Position numbers and translations under genes: made by a program | Source: an uncultured Candidatus Saccharibacteria bacterium | GTDB lineage: Bacteria; Patescibacteriota; Saccharimonadia; Saccharimonadales; CAZARM01 | Assembly: GCA_964463635.1 (NCBI GenBank) | Contig: CAYXCB010000003.1 | Location: 1-61,911 of the forward strand | DNA length: 61,911 nucleotides | Direction: 5' to 3' | The notes under the pieces: generated by a model | The model's input: the letters and a program-made list of their open reading frames with translations, nothing else | The model's database searches: none | What the model was told of the DNA's origin: nothing | In this document: positions 8,970 through 18,446 of the stretch, piece after piece | Layout of the letters: each line of letters opens with the position of its first letter | How positions within the stretch are numbered: position 1 is the first letter of the stretch

Positions 8970-9346
8970 ACCGGCACAGTCTGCTGGATGTTTTCGATGA
9001 TTTCAACCAGCTTCTTGAGCTTTGTTGTTGGCTTATACAAATATGCCTGTACGTTTACTAGCGGCCATGCTACAGAATCTTTAAAAGTATGGGGCGGTAC
9101 ATGCGACAGGACTATGACTGGCAAATTCTGCCACTCATTATATGACCGAAGTTCGTACAAAAACTCCAGGCCGTTATGACCCGCCAGCTGCAGTTCCAGA
9201 ATAATTAAATCCGGCGTTTGCTTGTCGGATGCTTCAATACCTTTTTGGCCCGAAGTTCGCCAAGTGACTTTATGGCCAGCCTGCCGCAGGACACTACTGT
9301 AGGTTTTAGCTAACATCCGGTCAGGCTCAATTAATAGTATCCGCAT
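8966..9346 (-). CDS. Single-domain response regulator; phosphoacceptor Asp replaced by Glu
   Basis: RILLIEPD, PDLIILELQL..HNGLEFL, VIVLS, YLYKP. Confidence 0.85.
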   Translation of the reverse strand: MRILLIEPDRMLAKTYSSVLRQAGHKVTWRTSGQKGIEASDKQTPDLIILELQLAGHNGLEFLYELRSYNEWQNLPVIVLSHVPPHTFKDSVAWPLVNVQAYLYKPTTKLKKLVEIIENIQQTVPV

Positions 9347-9349
9347 AGT

Positions 9350-10042
9350 CTAAACCAATTGAAGCTGAGAACTCGGTAATAGTTTGGCGGCTAAGCCCGT
9401 TAAATTATGATGCCGGGCTACTTGAAGCTCGCTCGACATAGCTTGGAATAATGCATCGGCTACATAAATACCAGCGCCATTAGAGGCGCTAACATTCGGC
9501 AGCGTTTGGGCCGCGCCGCCGTAGAGATAACGGGCCCGGCGGAACATATCAGTTGTCAGGGCTTCATGGTCGCCAAATACCCCGGCCATGATACCCTTTT
9601 TAGCCTTGTAAGCGGCTATGACGACAGTGCTTTTTTCATCTTGCGGCTGGGCTTCTAATAAACTTTGGCCTAAGGTCACAATGGCCGATTCTAGGCTGGC
9701 CCGATGTGCCATCACCGGCGCGTATTTGCCTGCTATATTGAGCTCTAGGTCGCAGTTGTGAGCCTGGGCTGTTGATTGAAGCTGCTGCGCCGCATCGTAC
9801 AAGACTGACGAAAGCGACACCGGCTCGAGCTGTAGTGTCTGCTGGTTGAGTTCGGTACTTAATAAATAACTATCAATTAAATGAAGTGCCCTCGCGGCCA
9901 CTTGCTCTACCTCGGCCAAGGCGTTTTTGCTGCCTAGTTCGGCCTGCAATGCGATTTGGGTTAGGGGCAATTTGAGCTGCTCGGCTAAAGCCAGCAACAG
10001 CCTTTCAGCCGCGCCGTCATCAGTATTCCTGCCGATGGACAT
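9350..10042 (-). CDS. Degenerate histidine-kinase-like protein (HisKA/HATPase remnants)
   Basis: ALAEQLKLPLTQI (H-box without His), L.LEPVSL, GAGIYVA G2-like box. Confidence 0.65.
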   Translation of the reverse strand: MSIGRNTDDGAAERLLLALAEQLKLPLTQIALQAELGSKNALAEVEQVAARALHLIDSYLLSTELNQQTLQLEPVSLSSVLYDAAQQLQSTAQAHNCDLELNIAGKYAPVMAHRASLESAIVTLGQSLLEAQPQDEKSTVVIAAYKAKKGIMAGVFGDHEALTTDMFRRARYLYGGAAQTLPNVSASNGAGIYVADALFQAMSSELQVARHHNLTGLAAKLLPSSQLQLV

Positions 10043-10098
10043 TAGTTGCTACCCTCTCACTTACTTAGGGTTAGTATAGCACTCGCAAACGACTTATT

Positions 10099-10812
10099 TT
10101 AAGGAGAGAATGAAAGATTTTTAAGGATAATCGTGTTGAAATCGCCTTTGAATTGTTCGGCTTCAGTACTGATCTTTAACGTCTTATCTCGCATCGGGAA
10201 TAGTACCAAGCTACCCTGCTTGCCCTTCTCAACTTCTCCATCGATCCTTACACCAGTTACTCCAGGCACATTATCGACGCCTATAGCAGTCACTTGAACC
10301 CGGCCAGCCTTAGCGTCAGCATCAAATTTCTTAAGTTCATCGGCATAAACTAGGCTTGTGACCTGCAAGTGCAGCGCGAACGACGTACCAGATTGTAGGC
10401 CCGGCACGTAATTCGGATGGAAGTAGCCGTCAACTGGCGTACCGCCTTTATCTACCTCTGTAATAAATGCACTCCAAGTCTTAGGGTACTTTATAGCTAC
10501 ACTGCCGAAGGAAGCCGGGCCTTTGTACTCTTTTAGCGGTTCCTTTTCGCGCTCAGTAAAGGCTAATTCATTTTCAGCCGTATTCTCTTCTACAGCGGCC
10601 TTAACAGCAACATCAGCCTTCTTGTCGGAGTTGTTTTTGTAATCCTGCATACCGGCAAAAGCCCAAAATCCAAAGCCTAAGGCACCTAACAACAGTAAAA
10701 TTACCAGAACTAGCGGAATTAACAAGCCATTCATGTGGCGCTTTGGCTTCTGAATCGGCTGTGTCGGATCAAAAGCCGGCATCGGCGTAGGATATTGGTT
10801 TGCGGGAGGCAT
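10099..10812 (-). CDS. Membrane-anchored exported protein (PsbP-like)
   Basis: Single N-terminal TM, IKYPKTWS motif, C-terminal F..IL..LSF. Confidence 0.6.
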   Translation of the reverse strand: MPPANQYPTPMPAFDPTQPIQKPKRHMNGLLIPLVLVILLLLGALGFGFWAFAGMQDYKNNSDKKADVAVKAAVEENTAENELAFTEREKEPLKEYKGPASFGSVAIKYPKTWSAFITEVDKGGTPVDGYFHPNYVPGLQSGTSFALHLQVTSLVYADELKKFDADAKAGRVQVTAIGVDNVPGVTGVRIDGEVEKGKQGSLVLFPMRDKTLKISTEAEQFKGDFNTIILKNLSFSP

Positions 10813-10857
10813 TATAGCGCTTATGATACACCATGAACTGCCGATCGCACCAGCCTG

Positions 10858-11352
10858 CTAGGGTTTATATATGTACAGATAGAGGGCATCTTTTGAAGTC
10901 ATGACTTTTTTATTAGGAATTTGAAATGCGTAGCTAACAAGTTTGATATTTTTGCCAGCATACGTTTGAGTAATCTTTGTATCCAACTTTTTCATATATT
11001 TGTCTAATAAAAACGTAAAGATGCCGTGAGCTGGCGGCCAATCCTTCTGCCAGTAATTCGCCCAGACTACTCTCACCTGCTTGCGGTAGCGCCAAGTGTG
11101 TAGCTTTGAAATTATTACTAACACTGGGTTGAGTTCATAACCGACGGCATTCAGGCCCCGACTAGCAGCTGATTTGAGCACACGGCCATCCCCGCTGCCG
11201 AGTTCTAGCAGAGTTTCACCAGGTTTTAGGTCAAGCATATCCAGAGCTGTTTCCGTTTGTTTGCGCAATGTTGGCAAGTACGGCGCGCCAAACAGCAGCA
11301 CGTATCCGAACAACAGTATCAGTATGCTGACGGCTATAATAAGCCAACTCAT
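10858..11352 (-). CDS. Class I SAM-dependent methyltransferase, membrane-anchored
   Basis: GAPYLPT, LLELGSGDG, GYELNP. Confidence 0.85.
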   Translation of the reverse strand: MSWLIIAVSILILLFGYVLLFGAPYLPTLRKQTETALDMLDLKPGETLLELGSGDGRVLKSAASRGLNAVGYELNPVLVIISKLHTWRYRKQVRVVWANYWQKDWPPAHGIFTFLLDKYMKKLDTKITQTYAGKNIKLVSYAFQIPNKKVMTSKDALYLYIYKP

Positions 11353-11546
11353 TTGCCTAGGTCAGCTTTTATCTTCTTCACCTTGTTTTCAGCTGTTTTC
11401 AGATAATTTTCTAGTTCTTTAATTATCACCATGCCGCGCTCGTACTTTTTGACAGCGTCATCAATATCCAGATCGGCTGACTGTAATTCGTCCAGAATTT
11501 TATTCAGTTCTTCATTTAGTTGACTATAGTTGAAGGTTTTGACCAT
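11349..11546 (-). CDS. xseB: Exodeoxyribonuclease VII small subunit
   Basis: EL..IL.ELQ...LDIDDAVKKYERG...L..AENKV; downstream of xseA; start set at MVKTF. Confidence 0.9.
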   Translation of the reverse strand: MVKTFNYSQLNEELNKILDELQSADLDIDDAVKKYERGMVIIKELENYLKTAENKVKKIKADLGK

Positions 11547-11550
11547 TGTT

Positions 11551-12654
11551 TTATTGTACCTCGGCTTTAATATTTCCATCAGTAACTGTTAGGTTCAGTT
11601 TATCGCCGGCTTTTACCTGTTTGACCGATCGAATTACGCCGCTTCCGGCTGTGATAATCGCATAACCCCTTTTTAATGCTGCCTGGGGGCTCAAGGCCTC
11701 AAGCACTTCTTGCCTTAGGTGTAATTTTTGGGTGGTGTCGTCCAAAATTCGACGAATAATGTGTTCCAATGAGACTTTAAGCTCGCTGATTGCCGCTTGT
11801 TTGTCAGAAACGGTCGCCATCAAGGCTTGGCCAAGCTGGCTTTTGGTTGTTTTCAGGGATTGGGCTATGTGTTTCTTGTCCGGAACCAGCAATTCAGCCG
11901 CATTACTCGGCGTGCTGGCTCGCTGATCAGCCGCCAATTCGGCTAGACTAACATCTACTTCATGCCCCACGGCCACAAGAGTTGGAATCCGACTAGCCGC
12001 GACAGCTCGGGTTACCTGCTCGCTGCTAAATGCGGCTAGGTCTTCCGGGCTGCCGCCTCCCCTAGTTAGTATCAAAACGTCAATTTCATCACCGTGGCTG
12101 TTGAAATATTCTAGCGCCTGAACGATCTGACCAGTAGCCGCTTCGCCCTGAACTTGAACATCCATATGATCAATTTCAATACCCGCCCACCGCTGTTTAA
12201 GGATCTTCATAAAATCGTGATACGCTGCTGATTCGCCGGAAGCAATCAGTCCAATCCGCTTCGGCGGATACGGTAATATGCGTTTGCGTTCAGCATCAAA
12301 CAAGCCCTCGGCTGTTAATTTAGCTTCTAGCAGTGCGGCGGCTTTTTTGATCGCACCTTCGCCAACAGGCTGCATGAACTGGACATTTACGCTGAAGTTA
12401 TATTGAGGGTGCAGCCGCGGCAACCCCCTGACCTGGATGAGCATGCCGTCTTCCAGCGGCCCCGGCAGCTGGTAAATAGTTCCAAAAAATTTAACACTTG
12501 AAAATTCATCTTTCAGGTCAAAATAAACCCATTTGTTTTTGCTGATCCGAAAGTTAGCCAGCTCACCCTGGATTAAAACGCTCGGATAGGCATACTCCAG
12601 CGTTTGGTTGAGTACCGCCACAAAATCTGAAACCGAAAAAACCGCCTCTTCCAT
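11551..12654 (-). CDS. xseA: Exodeoxyribonuclease VII large subunit
   Basis: SVS, GELANF, YFDLKD, RGGGSPEDL, VGHEVD, TPSNAAE, LKRGYAI. Confidence 0.97.
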   Translation of the reverse strand: MEEAVFSVSDFVAVLNQTLEYAYPSVLIQGELANFRISKNKWVYFDLKDEFSSVKFFGTIYQLPGPLEDGMLIQVRGLPRLHPQYNFSVNVQFMQPVGEGAIKKAAALLEAKLTAEGLFDAERKRILPYPPKRIGLIASGESAAYHDFMKILKQRWAGIEIDHMDVQVQGEAATGQIVQALEYFNSHGDEIDVLILTRGGGSPEDLAAFSSEQVTRAVAASRIPTLVAVGHEVDVSLAELAADQRASTPSNAAELLVPDKKHIAQSLKTTKSQLGQALMATVSDKQAAISELKVSLEHIIRRILDDTTQKLHLRQEVLEALSPQAALKRGYAIITAGSGVIRSVKQVKAGDKLNLTVTDGNIKAEVQ

Positions 12655-12674
12655 ACTACAACTGTATCAGAAAC

Positions 12675-13721
12675 TTATTCTAACTTCTCAGTATCAATAT
12701 GCGGGTTGTAATGCAGGCTGTGCTGGTAGAAGAAATAACCGATTGGCAGCTGCGTAAACATACTGATCACGCGGAAAGCTACGATTACAGGCAAGCTCAG
12801 TGATGCGGCCACCCCTGCGGTGGCAAACACACCCGTCATCAGGGCCTCATAAATCCCTACCCCGCCTGGCAGTACTGAGACAAGTCCCGCGAAATTAGCG
12901 ACTGCGTAGGCAATGACAACCGCGCCCGGGTTAATCCAGTAGCCAAACGCTACAAACACGCTGTAAATAGCGATAACTTCCGTTAAAGTCACGCCAAGGG
13001 CGAAAAGTAGAGGCCGATTCAGGGCTCCCAAATTGCCCCTCATCAACCTATAACTCTCATGGATTTCCGTAAAAGTACTCCTGGCTCGCTCAATATTAAT
13101 TGTCTCAGGGTGTTTAGGACGGACTATATGAATGATCCGATTAATCAGCTGGGCCAGCCAGGTAAAAAAACTGTTAATGCGCTCTTTGCTGCCAATTATA
13201 TAAGCTCCCGCGGCAGTACCCACTAGCAGCAATGTTGATAATGATCCTGCAACTAGTATTACGAAGTCGTTAGCACTGCCCCCGAAGGCTAGCATTAACA
13301 ATCCCAGGCCCAACAATACTTGGAACGACACGAACAAGAGTATGAAGCGCATCATCTGCACGAATGTGGCTTTGGCCGTCGATATACCCTCGCCTTTCAT
13401 GCGCATCGACAAATAAGCGTAGCCACTGACACCGCCGCTTGGGAAGACATTGTTAATCAAATTGAGTTCCAGGCTTAACCGCATCATTGACTTAGTGCGG
13501 AAACGGTCGCCAAAAATTCGGAATAGACCTTGGTAGACTTTTGCCTGGAAAAAATGATTCAGCAAAGCTAATGGAACGATCATGAGAATCGGCCAGGGAT
13601 TGGCGGTCTGCAGATTATACAAAGTGTCGTACAATTGGTCGCGCAAGGCGTAAGCGGTGGTAACCAGGGCTAGCAAGGTCAGAAGCGTGACAATAGACTT
13701 CCAGCGACGGTTTTTACTCAT
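12675..13721 (-). CDS. Lysylphosphatidylglycerol synthase TM / flippase-like membrane protein
   Basis: NNVFPSGGVSG, PGGVGIYE, FRVIS motifs and many TMs. Confidence 0.85.
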   Translation of the reverse strand: MSKNRRWKSIVTLLTLLALVTTAYALRDQLYDTLYNLQTANPWPILMIVPLALLNHFFQAKVYQGLFRIFGDRFRTKSMMRLSLELNLINNVFPSGGVSGYAYLSMRMKGEGISTAKATFVQMMRFILLFVSFQVLLGLGLLMLAFGGSANDFVILVAGSLSTLLLVGTAAGAYIIGSKERINSFFTWLAQLINRIIHIVRPKHPETINIERARSTFTEIHESYRLMRGNLGALNRPLLFALGVTLTEVIAIYSVFVAFGYWINPGAVVIAYAVANFAGLVSVLPGGVGIYEALMTGVFATAGVAASLSLPVIVAFRVISMFTQLPIGYFFYQHSLHYNPHIDTEKLE

Positions 13722-13750
13722 TAGAGGTTATTATACCCCAAGCAATTAAA

Positions 13751-13925
13751 TCACGACTTACGCAATTGGATGCAGAATAGGATTTATTCTCGAGGAACGG
13801 ACTGAGATGTACAGGCTGGTACATCGTAAGGAGTACTGAAAAGAAAAATCCTATTCTGAGCCAAGAACGCGAGCACAGTGGCGGGCTCTGCTCGTCAGTC
13901 GGTTCGTGTGGTGCGTGAGTCGTGA
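13751..13925 (+). repeat. 175-bp nested palindromic element (structured motif copy 1)
   Basis: TCACGACTTACGCA/TGCGTGAGTCGTGA termini; CAGAATAGGATTT/AAATCCTATTCTG; GATGTAC/GTACATC apical stem. Confidence 0.8.
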
Positions 13926-13938
13926 GTATAATAATGGG

Positions 13939-15096
13939 ATGATTCAAACAATTGCGATCCATGGCCGGCAGCCGGCTTTAGGCCGAGCTGAGCTCGAAAG
14001 TTTATTTGGCGCCAACATTTTACAGCCAGTCGGCACGGTTGCCAGCGGCCTTGAGCTGCCGGTAGCAGATGTCGATTTCCCTCGCCTAGGCGGCACAATG
14101 AAGCTGGCCCGCATGCTAACGGAGCTGCCAACAACAGATTGGACAGCAATTGAAAAGTACCTGGCCGACACAATCCCGGAACATTTGCAGTATGTGCCTG
14201 AAGGTAAGTTCAAGCTTGGCCTGAGCGTCTACGAATTGCCTGTTTCGGTTCCCAAGATCAATGCTACCGGGTTAAGCCTCAAAAAAGTCATAAAATCCAC
14301 CGGACGCTCAGTACGCATCATCCCGAACAAAGAGCTAGAGCTCAACAGTGCGCAAGTACTGCACAACCAGCTGACCGGCCCGACAGGCTGGGAGTTATTG
14401 ATTATCAAGAACGGAAACAAAACTGTCTTAGCTCAAACCTATGCCGTCCAGGATATTGACGCCTATGCAGCCCGTGACCAAGCGAGGCCCAAACGCGACG
14501 CCCGCGTCGGCATGCTGCCGCCGAAACTGGCGCAAATTATCATAAATCTTAGCCAGCCTGGCCCGGGTGCGACTTTGCTAGACCCTTTCTGCGGTACTGG
14601 AGTAATCCTGCAAGAAGCCGCTCTGATGGGTTTCAACATTTATGGTACCGATCTAGACACACGGATGGTTGATTACACTAAAGCCAACCTAGAGTGGCTC
14701 AATATTACATCTGTTAATCAGTATGTCGAACAGGCTGACGCTACAACCGCACAGTGGGATAAAATTGATATTATCGCGGCCGAAACTTACTTAGGACGTC
14801 CTTTCTCTGCCATGCCAAAGCCAGAAGTATTAAGTGAAGTTGTCCAGGATGTCGACACTATTCATAAAAAGTTTTTGCGCAACGTCGCGCGACAGACCAA
14901 ACCAGGTTTCAGGATGTGCATTGCCATACCGGCTTGGAAAACTAAAACTGGCTTCAAGCACCTGCCTGTGCTTGACCATTTAACAGAGATGGGTTATACT
15001 CGCTTGAGTTTTGTTCACGCTAGCAATAGAGACTTGATTTATCATCGGGAGAACCAAGTCGTCGGCCGTGAACTTGTCACATTAATCAGGAAGTAG
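13939..15096 (+). CDS. TRM11-like / THUMP-associated SAM-dependent RNA methyltransferase
   Basis: RDQARPKRD..VGMLPPKLA, LLDPFCGTG, ETYLG; TATAAT at 13927-13932 supports ATG 13939. Confidence 0.8.
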   Translation: MIQTIAIHGRQPALGRAELESLFGANILQPVGTVASGLELPVADVDFPRLGGTMKLARMLTELPTTDWTAIEKYLADTIPEHLQYVPEGKFKLGLSVYELPVSVPKINATGLSLKKVIKSTGRSVRIIPNKELELNSAQVLHNQLTGPTGWELLIIKNGNKTVLAQTYAVQDIDAYAARDQARPKRDARVGMLPPKLAQIIINLSQPGPGATLLDPFCGTGVILQEAALMGFNIYGTDLDTRMVDYTKANLEWLNITSVNQYVEQADATTAQWDKIDIIAAETYLGRPFSAMPKPEVLSEVVQDVDTIHKKFLRNVARQTKPGFRMCIAIPAWKTKTGFKHLPVLDHLTEMGYTRLSFVHASNRDLIYHRENQVVGRELVTLIRK

Positions 15097-15100
15097 CAAT

Positions 15101-15373
15101 ATGAGTCATGTAAAAGCCGGTGGTACTAGCAAGAACAACCGAGACAGCCAGGGCCAACGGCTTGGATTAAAGCTATCCGGCGGCCAGAAGGTCAAAACCG
15201 GCCAAGTTATCGTCCGCCAGACTGGCCTGACCAAGCGATCCGGCGTGGGCACTTTCGTAGCCCGTAATTACACAATCCACGCCGCTAAAGATGGCATAGT
15301 CAAATTCGCCGAACGCCGTGTCCGCCTATTCTCAGGTAAAACCGTCAAACGCACCGAAGTAACAGTCGAATAA
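15101..15373 (+). CDS. rpmA: 50S ribosomal protein L27
   Basis: MSHVKAGGTSKNNRDSQGQRLGLK. Confidence 0.97.
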   Translation: MSHVKAGGTSKNNRDSQGQRLGLKLSGGQKVKTGQVIVRQTGLTKRSGVGTFVARNYTIHAAKDGIVKFAERRVRLFSGKTVKRTEVTVE

Positions 15374-15401
15374 AAAAACCGCCCGTTTGAGCGGTTTTTT
15401 T
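15372..15401. terminator. Bidirectional intrinsic terminator
   Basis: A-run, CCGC-loop-GCGG stem, T-run between convergent genes. Confidence 0.85.
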
Positions 15402-15723
15402 AAATCTTGCCTTCTTGTCGAAGTTTTTCAGTTATAGCTCTAAGTTCCGCACGTGGAATAACCCTGTCCATTTCGCTAGGCACATATGGCTCTGGCAAGA
15501 CAGTAGGCTGTTCTGACAACAAAGAAGTGGTTTCTGGTGCAGGAGCCGGGTGTGCTCGGTTCAGATCGACTGCAGATTCAGTTGCGCCTGCCATTACTAC
15601 CTTAAGCGCACCAGGTGTAAGAGTATCTTCTAAATGCGATCGCTGGTTCTCAATTATTGCAAGCTCATCCGGTGTCGGAACGCCTGTGATTAGCTCTGGT
15701 TGTGGTTTTGGTGTTTCTGACAT
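15400..15723 (-). CDS. Hypothetical protein
   Basis: ORF preceded by TTGACA-17-TAGTAT, 6 nt before ATG 15723. Confidence 0.6.
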   Translation of the reverse strand: MSETPKPQPELITGVPTPDELAIIENQRSHLEDTLTPGALKVVMAGATESAVDLNRAHPAPAPETTSLLSEQPTVLPEPYVPSEMDRVIPRAELRAITEKLRQEGKI

Positions 15724-15784
15724 AATCACATACTAGCATAAGCTGTATAATTTGTCAATGTTATTCTGTTTTAAGTAATCTGCT

Positions 15785-17158
15785 TTACTTGGAAACTACG
15801 ATTACTGATTTATCGTCTCGCTTTCGAGAAATTCTAACTAGGTTGTTCGCAGCGTCAGTATTATCTCTTGACTTCTGCATTGTCTCTGCAATCTCTTGAG
15901 ACGTGAGGATATCAGGCTCAAAATCACCTGTTATGCCATCGCTACAGACGATCAGCTTATCGCCAACACTTAGTTCTATCATCCCAGACTGGCGAACACT
16001 CATTCGATCCATACCTAGTGCGTTGGTAATAACATTCGCATGCTGTGGGCCCAAAATTTCATCTTCAGTTACTTGCACCAGTTTTAGCGTTTGATTATTG
16101 TAAATATAAATTCTGGAGTCGCCAACTGAGGCCCAGACCGCATAGTCTTTACCGTCCTTGTTGGCAAGCTGAACTACTGCAGCAGTTGTGCCGCTACCGC
16201 CGCCAACTTCTTCTACTTTATGGTGAGCTGCTACAAACGCTCGTTGTAATACATCTAGCACTTGCTCAGGGCTACTGTGTGTTTTGCTACTTAAAATCTG
16301 CAGCACTGCTTCCGAAGCCGCCTGGGATGCTTCTGCTCCGTAGTTATGACCACCCACGCCGTCAAAAATACCAAATAACTGCAACTTTTCATCTATCAGA
16401 ACTGTGTCTTCGCCATGCAAGGCAACCTCAGCCCGACCGACTTCTAAACCCTTGCTCTCGCGCTCTGAACGGTTTGGCATGAATTTACTAGCCAGCTTGC
16501 CTAATCTTAAGGCTGCGGTCATATCTGCTGACTTGTCAACAGTACGATCCACATCCGGATCAGCGGAATCCATAGAAGTCGCTAAGTGCGCTTGATTTGG
16601 CATTATTAACTTAGTGCCATTTGAAGAGTTAAGGTCAACTAACTCGATTTCGCCGCTATCTCCAAAAGTCATTTGTAGATGTCGCCGTGACGTAGTGGCA
16701 GCAAAGCGATGTTTTAAAGCACTCTCTCCCTCTTGGCTTCGTCCTAATTCAGTCGTTTCCCCTGGTACAAAGCTCTGCCAGCCGGCGCGAAACTTTAAAC
16801 TCCAATTGTTCTCTTTTGTTTCTTTGGCAGTTTGCAGTGCAAAAGGAGTCATTACTATATAACGATCTTTGTCCCTTAAAACTGAATTGGTTTTACTTGT
16901 AGGCGTATCCGCGAATAGTTCAACCCCGGGACTTTTACCCCTGTCAAATATATAAAGCATATCCTCGGTACTTGAACCGAGGCAAACCACACCTCTCAGT
17001 GAAGCACTGAAGCCTAAATGGTATTTTAAGGCTACCTTCGTTGCATCTTCTAAGAAGCTGTCAGGTGTAAGTGTAACCCCTGCACCTGGTTCCAATTCCA
17101 TAGTAGTTGCCTGAGGAAACTCTTCGCGTCTTGGTAAAGAATTGCCAGATAAATTCAT
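15785..17158 (-). CDS. FHA-domain + PP2C Ser/Thr phosphatase
   Basis: FHA: LGR..SRRH..DLNSSNGT; PP2C: GEDT, IFDGVGG, GTT, VGDSR, CSDG, DD. Confidence 0.88.
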   Translation of the reverse strand: MNLSGNSLPRREEFPQATTMELEPGAGVTLTPDSFLEDATKVALKYHLGFSASLRGVVCLGSSTEDMLYIFDRGKSPGVELFADTPTSKTNSVLRDKDRYIVMTPFALQTAKETKENNWSLKFRAGWQSFVPGETTELGRSQEGESALKHRFAATTSRRHLQMTFGDSGEIELVDLNSSNGTKLIMPNQAHLATSMDSADPDVDRTVDKSADMTAALRLGKLASKFMPNRSERESKGLEVGRAEVALHGEDTVLIDEKLQLFGIFDGVGGHNYGAEASQAASEAVLQILSSKTHSSPEQVLDVLQRAFVAAHHKVEEVGGGSGTTAAVVQLANKDGKDYAVWASVGDSRIYIYNNQTLKLVQVTEDEILGPQHANVITNALGMDRMSVRQSGMIELSVGDKLIVCSDGITGDFEPDILTSQEIAETMQKSRDNTDAANNLVRISRKRDDKSVIVVSK

Positions 17159-17394
17159 AATGTATCCAATTCCGACTTTACAACTGACTTGCCTATGAGT
17201 TTATTATCGTCTTTGAGTGAATTTTTCTGTGGAATACCTTCGAATAAAACTCTTTGGCCTGTTGATTCCTCTCTAGTCCAGGCATTCGGGTCTTCACTAT
17301 CTTTCTCTGACTGCTGACTATCAGCAGGAACAAGGCTAGATTCAGCTAAAATGATAGGTTCCTGATCAGGATTAGATGAATTCGGAGAAGTCAT
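17155..17394 (-). CDS. Hypothetical protein
   Basis: ATGA overlap with the phosphatase gene; TTGACT-17-TAATGT promoter upstream. Confidence 0.55.
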   Translation of the reverse strand: MTSPNSSNPDQEPIILAESSLVPADSQQSEKDSEDPNAWTREESTGQRVLFEGIPQKNSLKDDNKLIGKSVVKSELDTL

Positions 17395-17453
17395 GTCTTT
17401 AACATTAGCACTTTATTGCTAAAAAGTCAAGGTTTATTGCTCGTGATTATCCC

Positions 17454-17482
17454 TTGACAACATGTAACCTCTGTAATACACT
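17454..17482 (+). promoter_or_regulatory. Sigma70-type promoter in the left IR, leaderless transposase mRNA
   Basis: TTGACA-17bp-TACACT; ATG 17489 lies 6 nt after the -10. Confidence 0.7.
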
Positions 17483-17488
17483 GTAAGT

Positions 17489-18343
17489 ATGAGGTTTACA
17501 GTTAAGCACTTCAACGAACGCTTTCCAGATGATGACACTTGTCTGGAATACATGTTTGAGCAAGTTTACGGCACTATACCCGCCTGCCCGAAGTGCGGAA
17601 TTGTCAATTCAAGCTATTACCGTGTTCGTGGTCGCAAGTGCTTTGAGTGTAAAGACTGTGGCAATCAGATTCATCCTCTGGCTAATACGATCTTTCATAA
17701 ATCATCTACACCGCTACGTGATTGGTTTTATGTTATCTTCCTGTTTTCGGTAGCAAAGAATGGTGTATCGGCTAAGGAAGTCGAACGACATTTGGGCGTG
17801 ACCTACAAAACTGCTTGGCGTATTGCTAAGCACGTACGAACACTCATGCTTGAAGGCAATAATCCACTATCTGGCGTGGTTGAGACTGACGAAACCTACA
17901 TTGGTGGTCGGCAGCGCGGCAAAGACGTGACCGTGCAAGACAAAGCTATAGTCTTTGGCATGGTGGAGCGTGGAGGCAGAGTTAAAGCTGAACATGTTCG
18001 CAGTGCTGGTGCACGTGTACTACTACCAATACTCCAGTCAGGTATTGAGTCCGGCACGACCGTCTACAGCGACCAAGCCCGGGTCTACCGAACCATACAT
18101 CGCATTGGCTACTACCACGACAGTGTGAACCATAGTATTGGTGAGTACGGACGCGGAATTGTACATACTAACACTATTGAAAGCTTTTGGTCACAATTAA
18201 AGCGGTCTATTGATGGCACGTATCACTGTGTCAGTCGGAAGTATCTTCAGTTGTATCTGAATGAGTTTGTGTATCGCTATAACTATCGTCAGCAGCCAGT
18301 GTTTCCGGTTCTGATTGCTTCGGCAGCGCGGCGCGTGAGATAG
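17489..18343 (+). CDS. IS1595-family DDE transposase
   Basis: Zn ribbon CPKC..CKDC, TIFH, KTAW, VETDETY, YSD, HTNTIESFWSQLKR, YLNEF.YRYN. Confidence 0.95.
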   Translation: MRFTVKHFNERFPDDDTCLEYMFEQVYGTIPACPKCGIVNSSYYRVRGRKCFECKDCGNQIHPLANTIFHKSSTPLRDWFYVIFLFSVAKNGVSAKEVERHLGVTYKTAWRIAKHVRTLMLEGNNPLSGVVETDETYIGGRQRGKDVTVQDKAIVFGMVERGGRVKAEHVRSAGARVLLPILQSGIESGTTVYSDQARVYRTIHRIGYYHDSVNHSIGEYGRGIVHTNTIESFWSQLKRSIDGTYHCVSRKYLQLYLNEFVYRYNYRQQPVFPVLIASAARRVR

Positions 18344-18446
18344 CAGAGTCAAAGGTTTCTTGAGCCTTAGGGTTCTTCTTATCTTCGGGCAAGTTATCTA
18401 GAAAGTCTTGGCGTCGATCATCATTGAGCGGCTGTTTCTTGGACAT
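18231..18446 (-). CDS. Small hypothetical protein overlapping the transposase 3' end antisense
   Basis: 71-aa ORF; a candidate -10-like element lies just upstream. Confidence 0.4.
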   Translation of the reverse strand: MSKKQPLNDDRRQDFLDNLPEDKKNPKAQETFDSAISRAALPKQSEPETLAADDSYSDTQTHSDTTEDTSD

